Sequence record: NC_014467.1
Origin: Escherichia phage RB16
Reading direction: 5' to 3' (one strand)
Length of the DNA stretch: 64,000 nucleotides
The translations under genes and the position numbers were made by a program. The notes under the pieces are model-generated. The model did not search any database. It was not told where the DNA came from and saw nothing but the letters and a program-made list of their open reading frames with translations. Below, piece after piece: positions 1 to 8,524 of the stretch. The stretch's first letter is position 1; the number at the start of each line of letters is the position of its first letter.

Positions 1-146
1 AGTTGCAGAACGTAGGGGTTCCGGTTATTATCGACCCTACTGATGTACGAGATCCAGACTTTGCTATAGAAAGCGGACGACTGGACTATGTAATAAATGC
101 CGAAACAATGATCATGGAGATCACTTACTATGACCGAGCAGCATGA
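1..146 (+). CDS. 3' end of an upstream gene (partial, C-terminal ~48 codons)
   Basis: Frame open from window edge to TGA at 144-146; no start codon in window. Confidence 0.35.
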   Translation, partial: LQNVGVPVIIDPTDVRDPDFAIESGRLDYVINAETMIMEITYYDRAA

Positions 147-477
147 AGTATTAGACGAAGTGGCGCACGAGAAAACAGCAACAGAACTTCGTGAAGAAGA
201 ACTGGAATCCCTGAAAGGTACGCGTGTTGAACAGGAAGCGCTAAGCAAAGCACAGAAGTATATGCGAAAGAACCGCGCTGAATGGAAACGACTTCACAAA
301 CACGCAGAAAATGCCCTGTTTGATGGTAACAAAGCACAGTATGTGTACGCTATCAAAAAGATGCGTGATATGCTTAAACAGCCATACAACGATGAACTGA
401 TTGAAACGATGTGGATCACTTCAAATCAACAGCTTAAAGATCTATTCGTAATGGCTTCCGAAAAATACGGCAAATAA
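130..477 (+). CDS. hypothetical protein (115 aa)
   Basis: ORF track; followed by GC hairpin with UUCG loop. Confidence 0.55.
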   Translation: MTEQHEVLDEVAHEKTATELREEELESLKGTRVEQEALSKAQKYMRKNRAEWKRLHKHAENALFDGNKAQYVYAIKKMRDMLKQPYNDELIETMWITSNQQLKDLFVMASEKYGK

Positions 478-496
478 ACCCCTTCGGGGGTTTTGA
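478..496 (+). terminator. rho-independent terminator-like hairpin (ACCCC-TTCG-GGGGT + T-run)
   Basis: Read directly: aaccccttcgggggtttt. Confidence 0.55.
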
Positions 497-503
497 GGTA
501 TAT

Positions 504-1523
504 ATGAATTATGTGTTAATTGGCGATACACATGCAGGTCTTCGCCAGGATAACCCCTGGAACGAAGATAACCTGTATGAAGTATTCAAACAGATAGTAG
601 CGTATTGCAAAGAACATGGGATCACTCGCGGTTTCCATGCGGGTGATTTCTTTGATGTTCGAAAAGCAACCACGCAGACAACGATGAATTTCGTTCGTGA
701 AAAGCTGGTTCCTCTTCTGACTGAGGCTGGGATCGTTATCGATACTTTGGTTGGCAACCACGATTGCCAATTTAAAGACAAAATCCGGCCCAACGCGCCG
801 CGCGAGATACTCAGTCAGTATGAATGCTTTAATGTCATCGACGAACCGACCACAGTCGATTTAGGCGGTGGAAAATCGATTGACCTGATCCCGTGGATTT
901 GTCAGGAAAACAGTCATAGGATTTTCGAGTTTATCAAACAGTCAAAATCAAATTTCTGTCTGGGACACTTCGAACTTTCTGGTTACTATTTCTACAAAAA
1001 CAGTAAAGCGGATCACGGGCTTGAACCGGACTTCTTGAAAAAGTATGAACGCGTTTACTCTGGACACTATCACCATGCAAACGAAGGTGATAACGTGTTT
1101 TACATCGGTACACCGCTTACTATGAGCGCCAACGATGAAGACGAAACACGCGGGTTTTATGTGTTCACTGGTACGCCTGAATTAACGTTCATCGCTAACC
1201 CTGTCTGTCATCATCGCCGGATTTCATACCCAGCGCAGAAAGATGTTGATCTTGAACAATTCCGTAACTGTGCGGTACGTCTGATCGTCAGTGAGGTTGA
1301 TTCAAACCTTGCCAAGTTCCAAACCAAAATTGAAGAAATCGCCTACGAAATCAGTATCATTGACAACGTGAAAACTGATTCTGATGTGGATACCGATTTC
1401 GAAATTAAAACGGTTCGTGGGCTTATGGGTGAGTATGTCGCAAACATGCAGATCACCGATGACGAAAAAGAAGACGTTAATCGTATGATTAGCGAACTTT
1501 ACGCCGAGGTGTCTGGTGCATAG
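504..1523 (+). CDS. 47: recombination endonuclease subunit gp47 (Mre11-like metallophosphatase)
   Basis: 339 aa, same length as T4 gp47; GDTHAG and GNHD phosphoesterase motifs; aligns by eye to T4 gp47. Confidence 0.9.
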   Translation: MNYVLIGDTHAGLRQDNPWNEDNLYEVFKQIVAYCKEHGITRGFHAGDFFDVRKATTQTTMNFVREKLVPLLTEAGIVIDTLVGNHDCQFKDKIRPNAPREILSQYECFNVIDEPTTVDLGGGKSIDLIPWICQENSHRIFEFIKQSKSNFCLGHFELSGYYFYKNSKADHGLEPDFLKKYERVYSGHYHHANEGDNVFYIGTPLTMSANDEDETRGFYVFTGTPELTFIANPVCHHRRISYPAQKDVDLEQFRNCAVRLIVSEVDSNLAKFQTKIEEIAYEISIIDNVKTDSDVDTDFEIKTVRGLMGEYVANMQITDDEKEDVNRMISELYAEVSGA

Positions 1524-1797
1524 CAGATATGAAAAATATTTCGGTGAGAACCCCCGATATTCTCACCTGTTGCGTATGCTGGGAATGAAACATATCATTG
1601 CCACTTCTGACGAAGCAGGGGAAACCAGCGCAGTTTGTTTGACCATCATGAAGGGTGCATGGCATTCATCACGAACATGGTCAATCTTCATGCTTGATAC
1701 ACTGGACGACGATACGCTATCATATACTATTGATTCATCGGTTGTTCAATTGATCACTGAATTATGTGAACGGATTTTAAATGAAACTAAAAACTAA
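1516..1797 (+). CDS. hypothetical protein (93 aa)
   Basis: ORF between gp47 and homing endonuclease; no recognisable motif. Confidence 0.35.
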   Translation: MHSRYEKYFGENPRYSHLLRMLGMKHIIATSDEAGETSAVCLTIMKGAWHSSRTWSIFMLDTLDDDTLSYTIDSSVVQLITELCERILNETKN

Positions 1798-2311
1798 ATC
1801 ACATGGAGGTGGAAACCGAACAATTGATGATGAAATTTCTTCAATAAATGAACTACTTCCTATGTTGGATGTTGATGTTGTATTAGGAAAGATATACTGG
1901 AAAAACTCACCTCGTAAGAGCGTCCCTGCTGGAACTGAAGCAGGGAGTAAGACAAAACATGGTTACGTTGCTATCGGGTATAAAAAGACGTATTATAGAC
2001 GACATCGAATAATATTTTACGTCGCTAATGGTTATCTTCCTCTCGTAGTAGATCACAAACACGGTGTTGAATCTGGTGATGGAATAGATAACCTGCAAGA
2101 CATCACGCAACAACAAAACTCCGTTAAAATGAGAATGAGTAGAAGGAATTCTTCTGGGTTTAGAGGGGTTTCCTTTCACCAAAAATCAGGAAAATGGCAA
2201 TCATGTATTGTGTATAATAGAAAAACAATATATCTTGGTTTGTATGAAACACCAGAACTTGCACATAGTGCATATACAGACAAGCGAAAAGAATTATTTG
2301 GTGAAATATGA
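1781..2311 (+). CDS. HNH-AP2 homing endonuclease (paralog 1 of 6)
   Basis: HNH_3-type motif (VDHKHGV...DNLQ...QQQN) followed by AP2-like DNA-binding domain (SGFRGVSF...GKWQ...LGLY). Confidence 0.8.
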   Translation: MKLKTKSHGGGNRTIDDEISSINELLPMLDVDVVLGKIYWKNSPRKSVPAGTEAGSKTKHGYVAIGYKKTYYRRHRIIFYVANGYLPLVVDHKHGVESGDGIDNLQDITQQQNSVKMRMSRRNSSGFRGVSFHQKSGKWQSCIVYNRKTIYLGLYETPELAHSAYTDKRKELFGEI

Positions 2312-4005
2312 AATTAAATTTCCGTAAAATTAAGTATCAAAACATCTTATCAGTGGGTAATACCCCGATCGAACTTGAATTCGATACTGCAAAGAAAACC
2401 CTGATCACGGGTAAAAATGGTGGTGGTAAATCCACACTGATCGAAGCGTTGACGTATGCTCTTTTTGGTAAATCATTTCGTGATTTAAAAGTCGGGCAAC
2501 TGGTAAACAGTGTCAACAAAAAGAAATGTCTGGTTGAACTGGATATTGAATACGGGAAAGATTCGTACAAAGTCGTTCGCGGACAAAAGCCGAAAGTATT
2601 CGAGATCTGGAAAAACGGTGATAAGTTAGCAGAAGATTCAGCAGCGGGTGATTATCAATCTCAGCTTGAATCCATGCTCAATATTAACCTGGTTGGATTC
2701 AAACAGGTAATCGTGTTGGGTACTGCTGGCTATACTCCATTCATGGAACTGAAAACACCGGATCGCCGTAAACTGGTTGAAGACCTGTTGTCGCTATCGG
2801 TTATCAGTGAAATGGATAAGCTGAACAAATCATATGTCCGTGGTGTTAATCAGCAGTTGGATACCCTGTCAATGCAGGTTAACCACATCCAGCAGCAGAT
2901 CGCTACACACCAGCGCTTCATTGATGAACAGCGAGCTAAAGCGAACCAGAACAACGCACGATACAAAGAGATCTACGATAGCCACGTTGAAACCGCTAAG
3001 AACATCAAAGCACAGCTTATGCAGTTGCAAGCGGAGATCGCAGAAACGGTGATCACTGGTGCAGACCGAACGGAAGATATAAACAAACTCCGTGATGGCT
3101 ATACGCGCCTCTCTATGACTGTAGAACAGTTTAAAAAGCTGGAAGTGATGTATCAGAAAGGTGGTGAGTGTCCGGCCTGTAAACAGGCGATTAAGCCCAC
3201 TCCTGAACGCATGGAAGAGATCGCAAACAACATCAAAGCGGGTACGCAACGATTAACGCTGATCAAAACCAAACAGGACGAGTTGCAAGGCATTATGAAC
3301 GAGTTGCTTCAACAGCAACGCGCACTGAATGCTATGAAAACGAAATACGAAGCCCTGAAAGGTACGCTGCAAAATGAAGTTGCCAACGCTAAACGCGCAC
3401 AAGCGATCATGGAACAGGCAAGCGCGGAAGTTGTTATTGATGAAGAACCTGTTAAGCAGTTACAACAACAGGAAGCAGATCTGAACGATAAACGTCAAGG
3501 ATATGTGAAAGAAAAATATATCCGTGGTATCGTTACAGATATGTTAAAAGATTCTGGTGTAAAAGCCAGCATCGTAAAACGTTATATCCCGTACTTCAAC
3601 AAGCAGATCGCATACTATCTGGATCTGTTGGGCGCTGACTACCAGTTCACTTTAGATGATGAATTCAACGAATCAATCAAATCACTGGGGCGCGATGATT
3701 TTAGTTACGCATCATTTAGCCAGGGTGAACGCGCACGAATCAACCTTGCGTTGCTTATGACCTGGCGTGATGTAACAAGTAAAGTTTCTGGTGTTGATTT
3801 ATCGCTTCTGGTACTAGATGAAATCTTTGATGGTGCAATGGATAAAGAAGGTGGATTTGCAGTCAGAGCATTACTGGATGATATTGAAGGTAATGTTATT
3901 GTAATCAGTCATCAGGATTTAGATCCACAAGAATTTCATCGACATATTGTTATGTCTAAAGTAGGGAGATTCACCAAATGCAAGATAGTAAACAATGATT
4001 ACTAA
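2308..4005 (+). CDS. 46: recombination endonuclease subunit gp46 (Rad50/SbcC-like ATPase)
   Basis: 565 aa; Walker A GKNGGGKST; long coiled-coil middle; aligns by eye to T4 gp46 N-terminus. Confidence 0.9.
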   Translation: MKLNFRKIKYQNILSVGNTPIELEFDTAKKTLITGKNGGGKSTLIEALTYALFGKSFRDLKVGQLVNSVNKKKCLVELDIEYGKDSYKVVRGQKPKVFEIWKNGDKLAEDSAAGDYQSQLESMLNINLVGFKQVIVLGTAGYTPFMELKTPDRRKLVEDLLSLSVISEMDKLNKSYVRGVNQQLDTLSMQVNHIQQQIATHQRFIDEQRAKANQNNARYKEIYDSHVETAKNIKAQLMQLQAEIAETVITGADRTEDINKLRDGYTRLSMTVEQFKKLEVMYQKGGECPACKQAIKPTPERMEEIANNIKAGTQRLTLIKTKQDELQGIMNELLQQQRALNAMKTKYEALKGTLQNEVANAKRAQAIMEQASAEVVIDEEPVKQLQQQEADLNDKRQGYVKEKYIRGIVTDMLKDSGVKASIVKRYIPYFNKQIAYYLDLLGADYQFTLDDEFNESIKSLGRDDFSYASFSQGERARINLALLMTWRDVTSKVSGVDLSLLVLDEIFDGAMDKEGGFAVRALLDDIEGNVIVISHQDLDPQEFHRHIVMSKVGRFTKCKIVNNDY

Positions 4006-4570
4006 AAACTGGGACGACGAATTTCAAGCCGAGATTCGTCGTCGGTTTTACCATGTAAACGGGGTTTTGTATCACAAGACGGAGAGTAAACAAACTGCTT
4101 TTTCTCCGGCGGGATACTATTTCAAACCTGGTGATATGGTGAAATGTCACAAAACTAGGAAAAAGACTCCATATTTACAGATTTGTATGCGATATGAAGG
4201 GAAGTCTAACTATCTATACGTACATAGGGTTGTGTGGTTTCTTGAATATGGGTATCAGGTTGATACGATCGACCATATCGATCTAAATCCTTTAAATAAT
4301 GATCCATCGAATCTTAGAGAAGCAAGCACACAGCAGAACCATTACAACAAAAATGGAAAACCTAACACTTCCTCCACTTACAAGGGTGTATCATGGGATA
4401 AATCAACTTGCAAATGGAAAGTGGGTATTCAGCATAATAAGAAAAAGATTCATTTAGGATATTTTGATGATGAAGTCGAAGCGGCTAAGGCATACGATGC
4501 AAAGGCAATTGAAATTGGTGGACAATATGCGAGGTTAAACTTCCATGATTATGTTAGAACGAGAATTTGA
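3995..4570 (+). CDS. HNH-AP2 homing endonuclease (paralog 2)
   Basis: HNH motif (IDHIDLNPLNNDPSNL) plus AP2-like domain (YKGVSWDKSTCKWKV...LGYF). Confidence 0.8.
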   Translation: MITKNWDDEFQAEIRRRFYHVNGVLYHKTESKQTAFSPAGYYFKPGDMVKCHKTRKKTPYLQICMRYEGKSNYLYVHRVVWFLEYGYQVDTIDHIDLNPLNNDPSNLREASTQQNHYNKNGKPNTSSTYKGVSWDKSTCKWKVGIQHNKKKIHLGYFDDEVEAAKAYDAKAIEIGGQYARLNFHDYVRTRI

Positions 4571-4742
4571 ATTGATGACCTCTCCAGAAGCGGAGAGGTT
4601 TTATCTTCATAACGAACTGTTGGAAGAAAAACACGTTGTCTCTATGGAAGATGTCAAAGAAGCCTTTAAAGACAATCAGTTAGAGCTAACGCGAATACTG
4701 AATAATAAATCGTCTATGTGGTTTCTCGAAAAAATCTATTGA
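4545..4742 (+). CDS. hypothetical protein (65 aa)
   Basis: ORF track only. Confidence 0.35.
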   Translation: MIMLEREFELMTSPEAERFYLHNELLEEKHVVSMEDVKEAFKDNQLELTRILNNKSSMWFLEKIY

Positions 4743-4768
4743 CATCAGAACATAAATACCTTAAAGTT

Positions 4769-4800
4769 GCCCGTGTACTGAGATGCACGGGCTTTTATTT
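4769..4800 (+). terminator. rho-independent terminator-like hairpin (GCCCGTG...CACGGGC + TTTTATTTT)
   Basis: Read directly; sits inside the N-terminal extension of the ORF-track call 4718..6511, arguing for the internal start at 4814. Confidence 0.6.
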
Positions 4801-4813
4801 TGAGGAACGGAAA

Positions 4814-6511
4814 ATGATTAACGAAAAAATGACACACCGCGAAGCGTTGGAAATCTTAGGGGCCACGGGTACTGAATCCAAAGCTGAAATGTCCAAACTC
4901 TTCAAACGTGCTTCTCTGCGTAATCACCCCGATCGTGGTGGTAGCACAGAACTCATGCAAAAAATTAACCAGGCATATGACGTAGTAACGAGAACAAACA
5001 GTTCTGGTGAAACTATGATGGATATGCGAGCGCGTCACGCAGCGAATAAAAAAGCGTGGGAAGAAAAACTGGATGCGTATTTTGTTGTTGCTAAGAACTA
5101 TTTCAGCACGAAATTTAACGCACAGGAATTCGCTGAATACTTCACCAAATACACCGGACAGCCGACGACCTTCACACAGGTAGTCAAGAAAGATACAATT
5201 TCCGTATCTGCTGTGTTCCGTTTCACTTCTGGTGATGCTCACTTTGATTTCGCTTTCTACTGCAAGCCAGAAGAAGGTAAAGGTTTGATGTCTCCTGATG
5301 CAAGCGCATTGGGTAGTGTTTCTGTCAATACTCTGGTACTGGTTGGAACCAAAAAACATAAAATGGCAAGCCGTGAATATCAATGGGGCAAAAACCCAGA
5401 TAAGATCACACCGGAAAGCCTGTTCCCGTCCAAGAAACTTGCATCAATTTTCAGCCCGACACAAAAGAACCTCAAGTTCAAACGTGCTGACTATATGACT
5501 TCTTTCCGCAAGCACTTAGACGCAGAAATCAGCGGCAATGATATCTATGTTCCTGTAGGCGACCTGAAAGTTCGTTTCTATCGTCATGTAATGATGCGTA
5601 AAGGTGCGTATGTGTTTAGTGCGGTATACGACCCAGCGGTAAGTAAATTCCGTTCTGCTGCAAACCTTCGCGGTACTATGTTTGAAGACGAAGACGGCGC
5701 ATGTTTGGATATGATTATCGACACTTTCAAAGAAATGCAGAAAGCAAAACCGAACGTTAACGGTATTGTCAGTATCATTGACAAGATGAACGCAGAATTC
5801 GCAGCGGGACACCGTTCAGCATCTTTCGTCAAACGTATGGCACAGCAAGCAGCAGCACCGAAGCCGGAAGAAAAGCCGAAACGCACTGTTAACCGTATCA
5901 GCAAAGATGATTATTTCAACGCATTGAAACAAGCGGGTGCAACATTCCGTAGCAACTACGGTGAGTTTGATAACGGCGCTGGATTGACGTTCCACTTCAA
6001 ACGCGAGATCAGCAACCGTAAAGGCTTCTGGAGTTTCAGCAGTTTTAATTTCATGCACTCCGGTCAAAGTCATGTTGAATGGTTGAAAGATATCGACATT
6101 GACGAAGACAGCAAAGGTGCAAGTATCGGTCTGATGGTTGATACTCTGAAACAGTTGCGTGGTGTTGCTGATTGGTATACTGCAAGAAAGATCCTGGAAG
6201 CGATGCGCGATAACTTCAAAGCTGGTAAGTTCTCCGCACCACACGTTAAGAAAGAAGCCGAACAGAAACGCACTGAGGCGCAAGCTAAGGACGAGTTAGG
6301 CGCACAGCCTACCAAACCCCAGGGAGCGAAGAAAGAAGCCCCAGCAGTTGATAAGGCTCACGAGGCACAGATGGATCGTGAGAAGTCACAGATGAATGCA
6401 ACCATTCGTTCTATGCTCTCTGCCCTGGTTAAAGCCGGACGCAAAGACACGCCGGAAGAAATTAAAAAAGCAGTCGATGAAGCAATCGCTCTTTGGCGCT
6501 TGAAACACTAA
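4814..6511 (+). CDS. J-domain (DnaJ-like, HPD motif) protein, ~565 aa, C-terminal region unassigned
   Basis: N-terminal ~65 aa match J-domain consensus (ALEILG...LRNHPDRGG...INQAYDVV); start chosen at MINEKM with GAGGA RBS. Confidence 0.75.
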   Translation: MINEKMTHREALEILGATGTESKAEMSKLFKRASLRNHPDRGGSTELMQKINQAYDVVTRTNSSGETMMDMRARHAANKKAWEEKLDAYFVVAKNYFSTKFNAQEFAEYFTKYTGQPTTFTQVVKKDTISVSAVFRFTSGDAHFDFAFYCKPEEGKGLMSPDASALGSVSVNTLVLVGTKKHKMASREYQWGKNPDKITPESLFPSKKLASIFSPTQKNLKFKRADYMTSFRKHLDAEISGNDIYVPVGDLKVRFYRHVMMRKGAYVFSAVYDPAVSKFRSAANLRGTMFEDEDGACLDMIIDTFKEMQKAKPNVNGIVSIIDKMNAEFAAGHRSASFVKRMAQQAAAPKPEEKPKRTVNRISKDDYFNALKQAGATFRSNYGEFDNGAGLTFHFKREISNRKGFWSFSSFNFMHSGQSHVEWLKDIDIDEDSKGASIGLMVDTLKQLRGVADWYTARKILEAMRDNFKAGKFSAPHVKKEAEQKRTEAQAKDELGAQPTKPQGAKKEAPAVDKAHEAQMDREKSQMNATIRSMLSALVKAGRKDTPEEIKKAVDEAIALWRLKH

Positions 6512-6527
6512 CTGGTTATGCTATAAT

Positions 6528-6557
6528 GGGAACTGTTGAAAAGCAGTTCCCTTTTTT
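6528..6557 (+). terminator. rho-independent terminator-like hairpin (GGGAACTG...CAGTTCCC + T6)
   Basis: Read directly downstream of J-domain gene. Confidence 0.6.
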
Positions 6558-6568
6558 ATGAGGTGAGT

Positions 6569-6796
6569 ATGATTATTCAGGTATCGGTTCAGGGCAATAC
6601 CCTGACAGTAACAAATTCCATTATGACCGCTATGGCTGCATGTCGTGATCATGTCATGTCAAACCCTCCGGTAACGGAAATTCTGGAAATTGATGTATGG
6701 GAAGATGGTGTGATCGAAGAATCCTTTGGTTTCACTCCGTTAGAGGAAGATTTACGCAAAATGGAACAATGGCTATGGCAAACTGTACCCCAATGA
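6569..6796 (+). CDS. hypothetical protein (~75 aa)
   Basis: ORF with GAGGTGAG RBS; start trimmed from ORF track 6536. Confidence 0.45.
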   Translation: MIIQVSVQGNTLTVTNSIMTAMAACRDHVMSNPPVTEILEIDVWEDGVIEESFGFTPLEEDLRKMEQWLWQTVPQ

Positions 6797-7050
6797 AACT
6801 ACCAAAACACACAACCCTGTTAACCCGCGAAAAACTTCATTCTGTTGAATGGAGTCCGTTAGATGTGATGGTGTTCGATCTGGAATCCAAAATCATTAAC
6901 GCTCATGTTAACGGATTGAGTATCTTTTCTGTTGAATTTGAAAAGATTCGCGGGTACAATGAAGCCTGTAAAGACAAATTGCGCGTCATGGTTGAAGCTA
7001 TGGGCTACATCGTGACTATTGAAGACAACAAAATGTGGATCGCGCTATGA
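6793..7050 (+). CDS. hypothetical protein (~85 aa)
   Basis: ATGA start/stop overlap with upstream ORF and with frd (translational coupling). Confidence 0.45.
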   Translation: MKLPKHTTLLTREKLHSVEWSPLDVMVFDLESKIINAHVNGLSIFSVEFEKIRGYNEACKDKLRVMVEAMGYIVTIEDNKMWIAL

Positions 7051-7628
7051 GCAAAGTAAAAGCAGTTTTCGCCGTTGGTCATGATATGTACGAAGTGGAC
7101 TATGCTTTCGGTTATGAACAGGGTTTGCCGTGGGGCCACTGCAAAGAGGATTTGCAGAACTTCAAAGCAGAAACCGCAAATAGCGTCCTGATCATGGGTG
7201 CGAACACTTTTACTTCTCTGCCTGGTAAATTGCCAGGGCGAGTGCATTGCGTTCTGTCTGCGTCCGGTCAACGTCTGGTAACGAAGAACGGGAATACCGC
7301 TGATTACATCATCCACGGCGGCGGGTTGTCTGCTGCAATCGACGTGATGAAAGCAACGCATCCAGATAGTGATGTGTGTATCATTGGCGGTAAGGGGTTG
7401 CTTCTGGAAGCAATCAATAATAAACTGGTTGATGAAGTGGTTGTGACCCACATTTACGGACATCATGCATATAATGCACCCGCGTTTAAACGTGATGTTT
7501 CGTTCACTGTTCCTGAATTCTGCGAAGCGGTTCTGAAATATGAACTGACCGATTTCAAAATTCAACAGATCGAATCAAACGAACGCGTCAGAAAAATTAT
7601 CGTCGATCGACATACGAAAAAGGCATAA
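7047..7628 (+). CDS. frd: dihydrofolate reductase
   Basis: 193 aa (T4 Frd length); LPWG motif; position immediately upstream of td as in T4. Confidence 0.85.
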   Translation: MSKVKAVFAVGHDMYEVDYAFGYEQGLPWGHCKEDLQNFKAETANSVLIMGANTFTSLPGKLPGRVHCVLSASGQRLVTKNGNTADYIIHGGGLSAAIDVMKATHPDSDVCIIGGKGLLLEAINNKLVDEVVVTHIYGHHAYNAPAFKRDVSFTVPEFCEAVLKYELTDFKIQQIESNERVRKIIVDRHTKKA

Positions 7629-7629
7629 A

Positions 7630-8484
7630 ATGAAACAATATCTTGATATCGTCAACACCGTTCTAACACACGGTACTGAATCAACCGATCGTACTGGTGT
7701 TGGTACATTGCGCATCTTCGGGATGCAAGCACGTTGGAACCTCGCAGAAGGTTTCCCAGCGACTACCAGCAAACAGCTATTCTTCAAACCGTGTAAGCAT
7801 GAATTACAATGGTTCCTCGAAGGTTCTACCAACGTGGAAACACTGCGTAAAATGACGTGGGGTGAAGATAGCGATAAGCGGACGATCTGGGACGATAACT
7901 ACGAAAATCAGGCTAAAGCGCTGGGTTATACGCATGGTTATCTGGGACCGATCTACGGGCATCAATGGCGCTCATTTGGTGCGGAAGGTTCATTCAGTGG
8001 TGTTGACCAGATTGCTCGAATCGTCAAAGAACTGAAAGAAAAACCAGACGATCGCGGGATCATCGTTTCCGCCTGGAACCCTGTTGATCTTGATGATATG
8101 GCTTTGCGTCCGTGTCACTGTTTCTTCCAGTTCGTCGTAATCAACGGTAAACTGTCTCTACAGTGGTATCAGCGTTCAGTTGATGTCTTCTTAGGGTTGC
8201 CGTTCAATATCGCCTCCTACGCTCTCCTGACGCATATTATCGCTGATATTTGCGGGTATGAAGTGGGTGATCTGGTTTGGACTGGTGGCGATGTCCATAT
8301 CTACAAAAACGCAGTAGAACAAGCGAAAGAGTTGTTGAAGCCGGAACGCGCACCGCTTCCACTTCCGACCCTTTATATGCCGAAGGTAAATAGCTTACTT
8401 GATTTGGATCAAGAATTCTTTGACTCCATCCATTTGAAAGACTATAATCACCACGGCTCGCTAAAAGCAGCTATGGCAGTATAA
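7630..8484 (+). CDS. td: thymidylate synthase (uninterrupted, no intron)
   Basis: 284 aa; conserved TS motifs (DRTGVGT, WNPVD, PCH, SVDVFLGLPFNIASYALL); continuous ORF. Confidence 0.9.
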   Translation: MKQYLDIVNTVLTHGTESTDRTGVGTLRIFGMQARWNLAEGFPATTSKQLFFKPCKHELQWFLEGSTNVETLRKMTWGEDSDKRTIWDDNYENQAKALGYTHGYLGPIYGHQWRSFGAEGSFSGVDQIARIVKELKEKPDDRGIIVSAWNPVDLDDMALRPCHCFFQFVVINGKLSLQWYQRSVDVFLGLPFNIASYALLTHIIADICGYEVGDLVWTGGDVHIYKNAVEQAKELLKPERAPLPLPTLYMPKVNSLLDLDQEFFDSIHLKDYNHHGSLKAAMAV

Positions 8485-8486
8485 AC

Positions 8487-8510
8487 AAAGGGGGCGAAAG
8501 CCCCTTTCTT
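8487..8510 (+). terminator. hairpin GGGGGC-GAAA-GCCCC between td and nrdA
   Basis: Read directly. Confidence 0.5.
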
Positions 8511-8524
8511 AACAAGGTAAGATA

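Noticed and set aside
509-793. Minus-strand ORFs 509..793 and 516..770 inside gp47
   Set aside because: Antisense to a strongly supported gene; no RBS; spurious.
2869-3249. Antisense and alternative-frame ORFs inside gp46 (2337..2570, 2834..3052, 2869..3249)
   Set aside because: Embedded in a conserved coding region; low-complexity translations; spurious.
4856-6315. Minus-strand ORFs inside the J-domain gene (4856..5383, 5516..5812, 5584..5904, 5816..6283, 6070..6315)
   Set aside because: All antisense to one long plus-strand ORF with a clear domain; spurious.
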